Part shown: positions 46,729 through 56,558 of the stretch, in pieces | Layout of the letters: each line of letters begins with the position of its first letter | Numbering within the stretch: position 1 is the first letter of the stretch | IMG/VR virus record: IMGVR_UViG_3300013297_000003 | Source: an uncultured virus (IMG/VR IMGVR_UViG_3300013297_000003) | Taxonomy: Duplodnaviria; Heunggongvirae; Uroviricota; Caudoviricetes | Direction: 5' to 3' (one strand) | DNA length: 64,000 nucleotides | Translations under genes and position numbers: made by a program | Notes under the pieces: generated by a model | What the model saw: only the letters and a program-made list of their open reading frames with translations | Told to the model about the DNA's origin: nothing | Database searches by the model: none

Positions 46729-49082
46729 TGTTGTCTTTCGGTGGCATCTCGCTCGCAACTCCCAGCGTCGATCTGATGACGGCCCTCTCCGGGCTGCGCC
46801 TTGACGAGCTTGTCAATTGGGAATCCCTAGACAAAACATCAAATCGCCGGGACGCCTGGAGCCACCGGGGCGACATTGAAATCAACCAGGGCAGGCTAGG
46901 CGTTCTCTCGTGGCCCACCGGGGCCATGAGGTGGGCGGTTGGGCAATTCTTGGTGGGGGCAGCCCAACTTGATCAGATCAGAATGCTGGCCTATGGAGGT
47001 GTATCCCGCTTTAACGCCCTGCCCTTGGTCATGACCGATGACGCGGGCGGTCAGGTCACGACCAGCCTCTTTATGCTGCCGGCCAGGCCATTGGCCCAGA
47101 ACCTTCATTTGCAACTGGGGGAAGAGCAAATCTACTTGCTCACCCTCGTGGACGAGCGCTACTTCTGGTATGAGAAATCCGCTGACATCGTGGTGAGCGG
47201 AGGGACCACCACTTGGGCGCAACTCTTCGCTGCCATTGCGTCGGCACTGGGCATCACCCTGACGACCGACACGATTGACACGGCCTACTTAAAGCCTGCG
47301 GCCAACCTCACCGCCCACTACGAGTTCATTCCCCATTTACTCGATGCTTGCTGCGCCAATGTTGGGCATCGTTTTGTGCGCAAAATTACGGGCGAGTGCA
47401 TCACGCAAAGTTCGACTACGGCCAAGGCCAGCCAAGACGCCCAGATTGACTATTACCGCCGTCTCCATGGCGGCACGTTCGACTTCAGGCCAACCACACT
47501 CAACGACCTCCAAGCACTTGCCCCTGCGACCTTCTCCTTGGCCTTCCCACAGACTTCGAGCGATAGTCCCCATTTGGAGTCGGCTACGCTGTCCGCGCTC
47601 GCCCTAGTCGAATATCAGGGCATTGCTGGGCATTCTGGTGTTCGTTTCGCCCATGACGTTGCCATATACAACGGCAGTAATAGCTCGGAGCTATCAAACC
47701 TTACGGTTGCGCAAGCTAAGGATTTTTTCCGCTTCAAACTGGCCAAGGCGTTTATCACCTATCCGGGCATCATCCCCTACGTTGTTGAAGGTATGTCGGA
47801 CCTGATTGAGTGGTCGCCGCTCATGACCAGGGTGGAACGGGGGCCGCTCAACGATCTGACGGAGAGCTACAACCGTCATGGAGCTGCCGGGACGGTTCCC
47901 GATACGCCTCCCGACGATGATTGTCCAGGCTGGCTGGGCGATGACGGGCAGCATTGCATCATCTTCGGACCGCCGCCCCCTCCATCGTGCGCCTGTCCGC
48001 TGCCACCGATCATCGTGCCCGTCGTGCCCATTGTCATCACCTACCCAGGTTGGCCACCCGGACCACCGCCGCCCCTATGGATTCCTCCGCCGCTTCCCCC
48101 AGGCATCATCACGCCGCCGATACCACGAAATGACCCGCCACCGGACAGGCCAATTAACAGGGTTCCACGCAACCCAAACCTTATTGGCCATCCAATCCGT
48201 TGGCCCATTCCAATTGTGCAGCCGCCTTTGCTGGGTCCACCGCCCATCGCGCACATTCCCGATAGCCCTTATCAGCCAGAGCCAGCGCCCTATTTGCCGC
48301 CCGCGCAGCCGATCAAATACATGCCGCCGCACGGAATCAGGTGGGGACACGAACTGCCTCCCGACATGCCGCTGGGAGGCCAACCGCTTGGCTACCAGCC
48401 TGGCGGCGCTGTTTCGATGATCGACCTGACTGCTCAGGTAGGGGGCGTTTTGCCAGAGGCCAACGGCGGGTCCGGGGTGGTGGGCACCTATTCTGCGGGC
48501 GGCTACCACCAGATCACCGGCACCGCCCGATTTTACTACCTCGGCATGCTGCCTGGATTATCCTCGGCACCATCCGGCTCGTTCGCTTTGCCAGATAAGC
48601 AGTTCGCCGCCTTCCCTTGGATTTGCCGGCGCACCGGGACGATCAACGCGCTGTATTTCAAGGTCGGCGTTGCAGGCAGCGCTGGCTCCAAAGTGCAAAT
48701 GGGATTTTACGCCAACTCATCGACCACCAACATCATGGGCACAGGCAGCGTTCGCAATGACCTGGGGGAAAAGGCAATCACGTCGGGCAACACCATCGTC
48801 CAGTACACGGGCTTATCCGTCGGCGTCACGGCGGGCACGGCCTACTGGTTCGCCGTCAACGGTTCGATCACGGGGGGCGGGCCTACCCTTCTGGCCCTCT
48901 CGCAAAGCCAAATCGAAGCGCTCTTGGGCAATAACGGCACCATGCTCGCTGACTCATTCTTGGCTGCGGCTACGCTTGGCAGTTATTCGACGGGATTACC
49001 AAGTTTTCCGCTGACCACCACGGACGTAATCGTGGCGGCGGGCGGCACCATACCGGCCATCGCCGTCAGTTACTCAGCATAA
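46728..49082 (+). CDS. tail tip/fibre protein with polyproline linker
   Basis: LLTLVDERY domain, Pro-rich segment, IDLTAQVGGVLPEANGGSG fibre motif, C-terminal beta domain. Confidence 0.65.
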   Translation: MLSFGGISLATPSVDLMTALSGLRLDELVNWESLDKTSNRRDAWSHRGDIEINQGRLGVLSWPTGAMRWAVGQFLVGAAQLDQIRMLAYGGVSRFNALPLVMTDDAGGQVTTSLFMLPARPLAQNLHLQLGEEQIYLLTLVDERYFWYEKSADIVVSGGTTTWAQLFAAIASALGITLTTDTIDTAYLKPAANLTAHYEFIPHLLDACCANVGHRFVRKITGECITQSSTTAKASQDAQIDYYRRLHGGTFDFRPTTLNDLQALAPATFSLAFPQTSSDSPHLESATLSALALVEYQGIAGHSGVRFAHDVAIYNGSNSSELSNLTVAQAKDFFRFKLAKAFITYPGIIPYVVEGMSDLIEWSPLMTRVERGPLNDLTESYNRHGAAGTVPDTPPDDDCPGWLGDDGQHCIIFGPPPPPSCACPLPPIIVPVVPIVITYPGWPPGPPPPLWIPPPLPPGIITPPIPRNDPPPDRPINRVPRNPNLIGHPIRWPIPIVQPPLLGPPPIAHIPDSPYQPEPAPYLPPAQPIKYMPPHGIRWGHELPPDMPLGGQPLGYQPGGAVSMIDLTAQVGGVLPEANGGSGVVGTYSAGGYHQITGTARFYYLGMLPGLSSAPSGSFALPDKQFAAFPWICRRTGTINALYFKVGVAGSAGSKVQMGFYANSSTTNIMGTGSVRNDLGEKAITSGNTIVQYTGLSVGVTAGTAYWFAVNGSITGGGPTLLALSQSQIEALLGNNGTMLADSFLAAATLGSYSTGLPSFPLTTTDVIVAAGGTIPAIAVSYSA

Positions 49083-49093
49083 GGAGACTTTCC

Positions 49094-49507
49094 ATGGCTT
49101 CCCCCCTCTATCCGCAGAACGGCATTTCCAGCGATGCCGTACTCGATACCGCCAACACCAACACCGATGGCACCACCGGAACGAACGTCACCATCGCCAC
49201 GGGCACGTCGGGCGGCAATGACGAGATCGAGTGTGTTATCTGGCAAGCGGCTGGAACGACTACGGCAGGGATGCTCCGCTTCTTCGTTCACGACGGAACC
49301 AGCGCCGTCATGGTCGCGCAAGTTCCCATTCCGCCTCATACACCCGTAAACACGTACCCACAAATTCCAGCCCTCTCTGGAGTTGTGGACTTCGTGCAGA
49401 TTTACGGCAGGCCCATTCGTCTGCCCAGCACCAGCCACACGCTCAAAGGCAACACGCACGTCTCGGAGACGTTCCGTGTTTTAGCCCAGGGCAGGAAATA
49501 CATTTAG
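49094..49507 (+). CDS. small virion structural protein
   Basis: TANTNTDGT..TTTAGMLRFFVHDG. Confidence 0.6.
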   Translation: MASPLYPQNGISSDAVLDTANTNTDGTTGTNVTIATGTSGGNDEIECVIWQAAGTTTAGMLRFFVHDGTSAVMVAQVPIPPHTPVNTYPQIPALSGVVDFVQIYGRPIRLPSTSHTLKGNTHVSETFRVLAQGRKYI

Positions 49508-49523
49508 TTGCTCCGGGATAGCC

Positions 49524-49760
49524 ATGGCGGCTCTAATAACCACACTCATCTTGGGATTTGGCATCATGATTGCTTTACTTAAGAAAATCTGGGCTTTGCT
49601 TCAGGGATACTCCCAGCAGTTCGAGTGCTTGGAGGCCCAAGTCAAAAAGCTCGAAGCAGAGCATTGCCAGATGGCGGCTGATGTCAAGGAGATACTCAAG
49701 CTCCTGACCGAGCCGGAAGTGACCGGCATCGAGGTGGTGCATGAGCCACCCGCTCCATAG
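49524..49760 (+). CDS. membrane-anchored coiled-coil protein
   Basis: N-terminal hydrophobic helix, heptads, ends VTGIEVVHEPPAP. Confidence 0.6.
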   Translation: MAALITTLILGFGIMIALLKKIWALLQGYSQQFECLEAQVKKLEAEHCQMAADVKEILKLLTEPEVTGIEVVHEPPAP

Positions 49761-49799
49761 AATCCAAAGTGTGTAACACCTTTTTTAGGAGATCGTGTC

Positions 49800-50213
49800 A
49801 TGACGAAGTGCAAACTCACGAAACTCGGCAAGGGGATGAAGGCTCCCAAGCCAGCGCTGAAGGCCAAAGCCGGCGACCCGGCCCCCGGCGCGTTTGAATT
49901 GTTCGTCAACGAAGACGGCACCTGCCATGTCAACGGCGTCAACGATCAAGGTTCCGTCGATATTTCCGGCGTGGCGACGTTGGCTGTCGTCTCCGCCGAT
50001 CCGTCCGTTGTGTCCGCGAGCCTGACCAGCGGCATGGAGTTCAAGGAGTCCGCCGTGGCCGTTGGCGACACCATCGTCACCGCGACTGCGACCTGGAATG
50101 ACGGCAGCGTTGGCCCTTTCAGCATCGACGACGGAGTGCACGTCAAGCAGTTGCCGCCAGGGCCAGTTACGGGCTTGACCATCAGCCATGACCCGCCCGT
50201 CGTGCGTCCGTAG
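49800..50213 (+). CDS. Ig-like (BIG2-like) domain protein
   Basis: VSADPSVVS...AVAVGDTIVTAT; ends VTGLTISHDPPVVRP. Confidence 0.65.
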   Translation: MTKCKLTKLGKGMKAPKPALKAKAGDPAPGAFELFVNEDGTCHVNGVNDQGSVDISGVATLAVVSADPSVVSASLTSGMEFKESAVAVGDTIVTATATWNDGSVGPFSIDDGVHVKQLPPGPVTGLTISHDPPVVRP

Positions 50214-50228
50214 TCTGTTTGGACGATT

Positions 50229-50266
50229 CCCGGCTGGTCCTTCGGGGCCACCGGGCACTTTGTTTG
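50229..50266 (+). terminator. hairpin with cUUCGg tetraloop and T-rich tail
   Basis: CCCGG.TGGTCC-TTCG-GGGCCA.CCGGG then CACTTTGTTT. Confidence 0.55.
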
Positions 50267-50276
50267 GGGGTAGGTG

Positions 50277-50705
50277 ATGAGCGACATCGCCCAGATTGTC
50301 ATCGCGGTGTGTAGCGCTATCACGGCCATTGGCGTGCCGCTGATCGCTTACTTCATGGCCAAACTGAACCAGAAGGCGGCATCGGCGGCGATCAAGCAGG
50401 ACGAAACCAGTTTGCAGCTCACCGGCATTGCGGAGACGGGTGAGAAGACTCATCGGCTTGCTAACAGTGCCATGCTGGAGCAGAAGTTTCTGGTAGCAAC
50501 CTCGGCACGCGGCAAAGCAAATGCAACCGGCAAGGTGGAGGATGAGGCGTTGGCCAAGGCCGCAGAAGAGGTTTACTTTTCTGCCAAAGAGGAACAAAAC
50601 AAGTTCGATCTAGAGGCCAAGACCAAACCAGATGGAGTGGTAAAAATAGATGCGAACGTGGTGACAGTGCGGGAGAAAGCACAAGCGCCGGGCAGGGGGG
50701 GGTGA
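50277..50705 (+). CDS. holin-like single-TM protein
   Basis: N-terminal TM, TH.L.NS motif. Confidence 0.5.
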   Translation: MSDIAQIVIAVCSAITAIGVPLIAYFMAKLNQKAASAAIKQDETSLQLTGIAETGEKTHRLANSAMLEQKFLVATSARGKANATGKVEDEALAKAAEEVYFSAKEEQNKFDLEAKTKPDGVVKIDANVVTVREKAQAPGRGG

Positions 50706-50714
50706 GGTGTAGAC

Positions 50715-51107
50715 GTGAAGAAGTTCCTGTTCGCCATGTTTGTCTTGCTGGCGGCATCTCAAGTCGCCTTCGGTCAGTCCAAGCGCAAGGCCGTCCCCGA
50801 CATCACCGGGCCTTCAGAGTGGGGAACGATCTATCAAGTCGGTTCGCGGATAACGATTACCGGGCATGAGAAGTGGGACGCGACCGGGGAGATCAGGCCG
50901 GACGGTGAAAGCGTCTACCTCATGTGGATCGAGAAGGGCACGAACAAGCCGGCTCCGTCCGTCTATACGCTGATCCAGGACAACGTGGTCATCGTCGGCA
51001 GGTGGGGGTGGATCGACGACGTGATGATCCAGAAGGACGGGTCGATCACCGGAGCGACCATGGCGGATACGCTGCGCACTCCGAAGTTCAAGAGGACGGA
51101 AGACTAG
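50715..51107 (+). CDS. secreted hypothetical protein
   Basis: Signal peptide MKKFLFAMFVLLAASQVAFG. Confidence 0.6.
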   Translation: MKKFLFAMFVLLAASQVAFGQSKRKAVPDITGPSEWGTIYQVGSRITITGHEKWDATGEIRPDGESVYLMWIEKGTNKPAPSVYTLIQDNVVIVGRWGWIDDVMIQKDGSITGATMADTLRTPKFKRTED

Positions 51108-51506
51108 ATGGATGCGCCAACCACAACGACGATTCAGACCAGCGAGCCGGCCTCGATCAAGACTGGCCCGGCTGCCAACGAGGTCAAGTCGTTCCTGGAC
51201 AGTTGGCCGTCGGCGCTCAAGACGTTCCTCCAGCTGGGTTTCGCCGGCATCGTGGTCTACGTGTGGATGGAGGACCGCTACTACACGCGGCAGGACCACC
51301 GCGAGGAAGCCAGGCTGAGCCGCGAGGTGCACAAGGAGTCGTTCAAGAGCCTGCGTGAGGACATCAACACGTCCAACGAGCACGACCGGGCGGTGCGCAA
51401 GCAGACGAACAGCAGCATCAGGGAGGGGACGGCGGTGCTCAAGGAGATTCAGGCGGAGATGAAGGAAACGCACAAGGCGATGCTGCAAATGATGAAGAAG
51501 GAGTAG
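51108..51506 (+). CDS. single-TM coiled-coil protein (holin/spanin-like)
   Basis: LQLGFAGIVVYVWM followed by coiled-coil. Confidence 0.5.
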   Translation: MDAPTTTTIQTSEPASIKTGPAANEVKSFLDSWPSALKTFLQLGFAGIVVYVWMEDRYYTRQDHREEARLSREVHKESFKSLREDINTSNEHDRAVRKQTNSSIREGTAVLKEIQAEMKETHKAMLQMMKKE

Positions 51507-51510
51507 GGTC

Positions 51511-52221
51511 ATGCGATGGATCGTCGCAGTTCTCTTGGCTGCCTCCACTGCCAGCGCCCAATCCCCGTTCTACTCCGACGAGGACCAGGCCACGCTGCGG
51601 CAATACTGGCCAGCCGACGTGAAGTTCCCGGAGGGGATGAAGTTTTATCGGCAGACCAGGCATAGTCAGCGGTTCGCGAACACGAACGGCGTTGACGGCA
51701 TTACCATGGTCCACCGGGACCAAGACGACGTGTGGCAGAACGCCGAGACGGTCGTGAATCCCAACCGCATCTTCCCGTTTCGCGTCTCCGGGGGCATGGA
51801 TGAAGCCAAGGGATGGCAGAGCAGGACGGCGGTTTACGTGCCTCCTGGCAAGACAATCGTGGTGTGGCAGCAGCGCTCGCCAGTCGGCAGGGAGCGGCAG
51901 TTTCTCCCCAAGCTGCACTGGTCCTATCCAGAGGGGACGATCTTCGCCGACATGCTGGTCTACGAACGCCAGGTCTTCGAGTTGCGCATGAGGAAGAAGG
52001 CTCGCGGTGAATGGCACTCGCGGGTTGCCTACGTTTCCGGCGTGAAGCCACCTGGCTACACAGGACTCAAAAAAACATGCGCTGACTGTCACTCGCGGGC
52101 CGGAGATTCGACAGATTATGGTACGTCCTGGCGCGGGGACGACGGCGTAATCTCGGCTCCGATCCTGGTGGAAGGTGTGGTACGTTTCGATTTCGACAAC
52201 TGGCCCCTGGAGCAAAGGTGA
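51511..52221 (+). CDS. secreted protein with a CxxCH heme-c motif
   Basis: Signal peptide; YPEGTIFAD..FELRMR.K; CADCH. Confidence 0.6.
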   Translation: MRWIVAVLLAASTASAQSPFYSDEDQATLRQYWPADVKFPEGMKFYRQTRHSQRFANTNGVDGITMVHRDQDDVWQNAETVVNPNRIFPFRVSGGMDEAKGWQSRTAVYVPPGKTIVVWQQRSPVGRERQFLPKLHWSYPEGTIFADMLVYERQVFELRMRKKARGEWHSRVAYVSGVKPPGYTGLKKTCADCHSRAGDSTDYGTSWRGDDGVISAPILVEGVVRFDFDNWPLEQR

Positions 52222-52412
52222 TGTCAAGTCCATTGAAATGCTGTCATCTTGAGCCGCCAACCGAATTTGGTGTGCAATGCGAAGAGCCGCCCGAATGGGA
52301 AATTTGGCACGGTCCAGGATTTGAAGACTCCACCCATTCATGCACGAAGCACGTCGGGGAAATGCTCACCGACTCTCCAGAACACAAAATTTATCCGTTG
52401 GAGCAAAGGTGA
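52221..52412 (+). CDS. small Cys/His protein
   Basis: CC..C..CTKH; flanked by repeats. Confidence 0.55.
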   Translation: MSSPLKCCHLEPPTEFGVQCEEPPEWEIWHGPGFEDSTHSCTKHVGEMLTDSPEHKIYPLEQR

Positions 52413-52777
52413 TGCGACAGCTAATGTCTCACAAGGTCAATGGCGTCAACGATGAGTTGACCATCGACGTGCAAGATGAGCCTGGCCACGGCGGTGCATG
52501 CCATCGGTACATGATTTCTTTTCCGAATCCGATGGTAGACAACCACTACCTCATCGCCTTCCAAGATGGACCGATTAAGGAAGTGGGAACCAATGGCCTG
52601 ACTCACGAAGCATTGCTGGCCATCCTCATCGACCGCATGGAAGGATTCCAGAGCGGCCCGTATGCGAACGAAGACAACCACGTCGCGCTAGTCGCTTTGA
52701 AAGCCGCGCTGGACGCCTTGAAGTTGCGCACGGAGCGGCGTCTTGCGCGTGGCGTTGAAGGGACGCACCAGAAATAA
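52412..52777 (+). CDS. tad1: Tad1/Acb2-family anti-defence nucleotide sponge
   Basis: H.Y..IAFQDGPIKEVGTNG.THEALL.I.IDRM..FQ.GPY...N..A...L..RT..R..RGVEG. Confidence 0.8.
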   Translation: MRQLMSHKVNGVNDELTIDVQDEPGHGGACHRYMISFPNPMVDNHYLIAFQDGPIKEVGTNGLTHEALLAILIDRMEGFQSGPYANEDNHVALVALKAALDALKLRTERRLARGVEGTHQK

Positions 52778-52794
52778 TCAACGGAGCAAAGGTG

Positions 52795-52977
52795 ATGAAA
52801 GAAGAAGCTCTAGCCTACGAAGCCAAAGCAAATGCCTTCGCATATGGTCCCGGCGCGTCAGTCTATGCTTGCTTCCAGTGCGCCACCGAAGAAAAGGCGG
52901 ATGCGCTGGTCAAGTTGCTCAGGGCGTTCGGGGGTGATGCCCGTCCAGATTGGGACAAAATGAAGGAGCAAAAATAA
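52795..52977 (+). CDS. small hypothetical protein
   Basis: Starts inside the GGAGCAAAGGTGATG repeat. Confidence 0.5.
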   Translation: MKEEALAYEAKANAFAYGPGASVYACFQCATEEKADALVKLLRAFGGDARPDWDKMKEQK

Positions 52978-53864
52978 TGTCCGAGACGACCACCACGACG
53001 ACCTGCCCAGACCCAGCCCATCCGGTCACGCACATCGAGGCCAAGCACGATGCGCCGGCACCTCCGCCGATCATCGTGCCCCTACCCAAGTGGCTGACGG
53101 TTCTCCTGGCGATTATGGCTGGGGCCATCGTGCTCCTGTTCGTCATGGTGGCGATAGCGCTGTTCCATACATCGCGTCCAGTCCCGCCTCCGCCTGAGCC
53201 GCATCCTGACTGGCTGGAGCCGACTGTGGACAAGCCGGTCAGCTTCGAGTTTCCGGAATATCAGTTCGAGGTTGGCGTGGTCGGCACGGTCAGGGTCAAG
53301 ACGCTGGGCAAGACGGAATGGGTGTGGTCGCCCAATGACGGCGACAAGTTCAAGATCAAGAGCGGCGTGGCCGAGTTCCGCAGCGGGGGAGCCAAGGGCG
53401 TTTTCTGGCTGGGCGCTTACACGACGGTCAACAGCAGTGCCAGCAAGGTGTTCTGGGTCAAGATCAAGAGCGGCAAGGGGCCGCTGCCTCCGCCTCCGTT
53501 TCCACCAGACCCGCCCGAACCCCCGATACCAGCACCGATCCCGGATGCTGGGTTCAGGGTGCTGATCACTTATGAGACAGGCAGTGTCACCGCCAAGCAG
53601 AAGCAGGTGATGATGGCCAAGGAAGTCAGGGACTACCTCAACGCCAAGTGCGCCATGGGACTGGACGGCAAGACCAAAGAATGGCGGATGTGGGACAAAG
53701 ACACCGATCCATCCGGCGACTCCAAGCTATGGCAAGCCGCTTTCGCTCGCCCCAAGGCCAGCTATCCCTGGATTCTGATTTCCAACGGCAAGGACGGTCA
53801 CGAAGGGTCGATGCCAGAAACCATCCCCGACATGCTCAACATGCTCAAGAAATACGGTGAATGA
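52977..53864 (+). CDS. membrane-anchored Pro-linker protein with thioredoxin-like C-domain (no CxxC)
   Basis: TM, beta domain, polyPro, RVLITYET..YL..W.MWD.D..PWILI. Confidence 0.55.
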   Translation: MSETTTTTTCPDPAHPVTHIEAKHDAPAPPPIIVPLPKWLTVLLAIMAGAIVLLFVMVAIALFHTSRPVPPPPEPHPDWLEPTVDKPVSFEFPEYQFEVGVVGTVRVKTLGKTEWVWSPNDGDKFKIKSGVAEFRSGGAKGVFWLGAYTTVNSSASKVFWVKIKSGKGPLPPPPFPPDPPEPPIPAPIPDAGFRVLITYETGSVTAKQKQVMMAKEVRDYLNAKCAMGLDGKTKEWRMWDKDTDPSGDSKLWQAAFARPKASYPWILISNGKDGHEGSMPETIPDMLNMLKKYGE

Positions 53865-54661
53865 TGACCAATCCGCCGATCCATCCATCGCTGCATGCTT
53901 TGCCGGTTAATCCTCCAGTGCCTCCTGGCATGTCCACGGGTTTGATCCCGCGCAACTACGACTCGCACCCGGTCGGATGCTACTCCTTTGCGCCGGAGTT
54001 TCCTGCCTCGGAACTGATCGACGAATCCGAGTGGGCCGACCGTCTCAACGAGAACCGCAAAAACAAGAGCGGGTTGCTTGACCTGAGGGAGAACAACTTC
54101 AATTACCTTAAGTCGCTTGGGCAGGACGGATTTGGGCTATGCTGGGCGTTCAGCAGCACGAAGGCGACGATGTATGTTCGCAAGATTCAGAATCAATCCG
54201 AGGTCATACTTTCCGCGTGGTATGTCGCCGGTGTTATCAAAGGTTGGCGCGACGAGGGCGGCTGGGGTGCTGCGTCACTGGAGCAGATTGTCAAGGCGGG
54301 CGTGCCTGCGGAGAGCTTTTGCCCGGACTACCACAAACCAAGCGACATGGCGGCAGCGGAAGCCAACGCTCTCTTGCACCGGGTCACGGAGTGGTGGGAT
54401 GGCAGCGACGACCCGGCGATAGCAACCAAGCAGTGCGTGTCGATGCTGCTCAAGGGCATCCCGTGCGTTGTGGACCTCAATTCCATGAGCCACTCGATGG
54501 CCTGTATCGACATCAAGAGTCTGAACCCGCTCACGCTGGTTTATGACAATTCATGGCTGGGCAACGATGAGCCTGGTAAGGGCTTGTACATCGGAACCGG
54601 CGCTCGCGCTCGTCCTGATGGATTAGTTTGCCCTCGTGTAACTCTACCCTCTGTGGTTTAA
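53861..54661 (+). CDS. papain-like (C1) cysteine peptidase
   Basis: Q.G.G.CWAFS, HSMAC, NSW.G catalytic motifs. Confidence 0.85.
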   Translation: MMTNPPIHPSLHALPVNPPVPPGMSTGLIPRNYDSHPVGCYSFAPEFPASELIDESEWADRLNENRKNKSGLLDLRENNFNYLKSLGQDGFGLCWAFSSTKATMYVRKIQNQSEVILSAWYVAGVIKGWRDEGGWGAASLEQIVKAGVPAESFCPDYHKPSDMAAAEANALLHRVTEWWDGSDDPAIATKQCVSMLLKGIPCVVDLNSMSHSMACIDIKSLNPLTLVYDNSWLGNDEPGKGLYIGTGARARPDGLVCPRVTLPSVV

Positions 54662-55221
54662 GTCAAATGACCCCAACTGCGGCGACACAAGATGTCGGCA
54701 ACAGTCCCGAACGGCAATTGACGTTCCCTGGCCAGTTCGCGTCTGGTAATGCCGCCCGCTGCATATCGCTGACGAATGGCCAGTACGTCGGCCTCGGTCA
54801 ATGTTGCCATCGGATGATCGGCACCGCATGGGTATACTTTCAGGCGATGGTTGTCTTCAGTGTTTTCTGCCTTTGTGCCCCAGGCAAGATTCGCCAAACT
54901 GCAATCGGCTTTGATGCCATTCAAATGCCGACATTCCATTCCCTCTGGGCAGGGGCCGATGAACGCTTCGAGGACGAGACGATGGACAAGGAATGTTCGC
55001 TGCTTTCCATCAGGAGAAGCCAACGAGACTTCAACGTATCCGGCACGTTTTGTCTTGCGTTTTTTTTGAACCCAATTGTCACTGGGAATTACATAGGTTC
55101 CTTGGTTGTAGCCGCGACTGTGCCGTTCCCAGCAGCTCCATACGCTCCCATCGTCGCCAACGCGATAACCGGGAAATCCTTGGATAGGTCGATATGTGAC
55201 AGTAGAATCAGCCTCAGACAT
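54658..55221 (-). CDS. NUMOD4-HNH homing endonuclease
   Basis: PIQGFPGYRVGDDG.V; VHRLVLEAFIGPCPEG.ECRHLNG...NL.WGT.AEN. Confidence 0.9.
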   Translation of the reverse strand: MSEADSTVTYRPIQGFPGYRVGDDGSVWSCWERHSRGYNQGTYVIPSDNWVQKKRKTKRAGYVEVSLASPDGKQRTFLVHRLVLEAFIGPCPEGMECRHLNGIKADCSLANLAWGTKAENTEDNHRLKVYPCGADHPMATLTEADVLAIRQRYAAGGITRRELARERQLPFGTVADILCRRSWGHLT

Positions 55222-55305
55222 GACCCGCTCCTTGCCGAGTGGTTTATGTTCAGGGCACCGGCAGCTACAACTGCCGGCCTGCCCGCTTTATTTTAGGAGC
55301 TTCTC

Positions 55306-55950
55306 ATGTTTTCAACCATGCTGGTTTCTTTCGTTCTCGCCGCGCCGCCTCCGCAATCGACGCTGCCAGAGACGTTCCCAGAGGCACCGCGCATCCAGTC
55401 CGAGTACAAGCAAGCCGAGAAACCCAAGGCCAGGGCCAACTGCCCCTGCGGCATCGCCGGCTGCGACTGCGGTTGTGAGTTCGGAGCGCCGTGCATCTGC
55501 GCCCATGCCAAGCTCGCCCAGGCTGACAAGGTTCAAGCCGAGAAGCCGCGCATGGGCTACGGCCTGGACGATGCGCGGGCCGATGCCAAGGCCAAGGGTC
55601 AACCGCTGATCGTGTTCGTTGGCTGGAGGCCGGATGATGCCAGGGACCTGGACGGCTGCCTGGCCATCAAGATCGGCGCGAACAACTACGACGCCGAGAA
55701 CGGCTCCATCGTCATCGAGCCAGTGGACGGAGGCAACCGCATCTGCGCCAAACGGGGCGAGGTGACGATGAGGCAAATCTGTGACAAGGCGCTGGGTAGG
55801 GTCGCAGCGCCGCCGCCGTCCTCGTGGGGCGACGGGAACCCTGCCGGCCCGCGCTGGCAACCGGCAGGGTTTCAACCTTTCGGCGGCTTCATGGGCGGCG
55901 GCATGCGGATGGGCGGTGGTGGCATGCGCGGCTGCTCCGGGGGTGGCTGA
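55306..55950 (+). CDS. secreted Cys-rich/thioredoxin-like protein with Gly-rich tail
   Basis: Signal-like N-terminus; CPC..CDC.C..CIC; A.A.GQPLIVFVG; ends GCSGGG. Confidence 0.6.
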   Translation: MFSTMLVSFVLAAPPPQSTLPETFPEAPRIQSEYKQAEKPKARANCPCGIAGCDCGCEFGAPCICAHAKLAQADKVQAEKPRMGYGLDDARADAKAKGQPLIVFVGWRPDDARDLDGCLAIKIGANNYDAENGSIVIEPVDGGNRICAKRGEVTMRQICDKALGRVAAPPPSSWGDGNPAGPRWQPAGFQPFGGFMGGGMRMGGGGMRGCSGGG

Positions 55951-56354
55951 CGCTGATCGAGAAAGGCTAGGTCTAGCCATGGACGAATACAGTTTGATAG
56001 CCGAGATGCTGCTAGCACTGCTTGTCCACCTGTCATTGCCGGGCTGGCTGATGGAGAGAAAGGTCGGTTGGGTTGTGTGCGAAGCGTGCGACGGCAAGGG
56101 ACATGCGGCGTGCGTCTCCACCGGAGAGTACGACCGCTGCGGTTCGTGTAGAGGGCTTGGGTTTTTGCGGATGAACTGATGTGCGACTATTGCCTGAAAC
56201 CGAAGCCAGCTCCTCCCGGTCGCGTTCAGTGCGTCCGCTGCTCGAACACGACCATCGACGTTTACAGTCGGGATGGACTAGAGCCGCTGTGTGAGGCGTG
56301 TTTCCAAGAGACGTGGAAGGAGGCGGCGGACGACTGTGTTGAGGTGGTCGCCCT

Positions 56355-56558
56355 ATGAATACTGGAACCAACACCGCCGAAGAAGAGACGGTCCTGTACC
56401 TGCTTGACGAGTACGTAAAGGCAGTCAAGGAGTTCGGCAGCGGCAAGGCGGCAGTCGCCGCTTGCGCTGAAGTGATGGCCTTGAAAGCGCCAACACCAGA
56501 GATTGCCGTGGTGCTGGGAAACTTGGCCAAGGACTTAAGAAGGTGGAGCGCAACATGA
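56355..56558 (+). CDS. small hypothetical protein
   Basis: GAGGTGG RBS; coupled. Confidence 0.5.
   Translation: MNTGTNTAEEETVLYLLDEYVKAVKEFGSGKAAVAACAEVMALKAPTPEIAVVLGNLAKDLRRWSAT

Noticed and set aside
26090..49082. Diversity-generating retroelement
   Set aside because: No reverse transcriptase and no TR/VR pair differing at adenines noticed by eye
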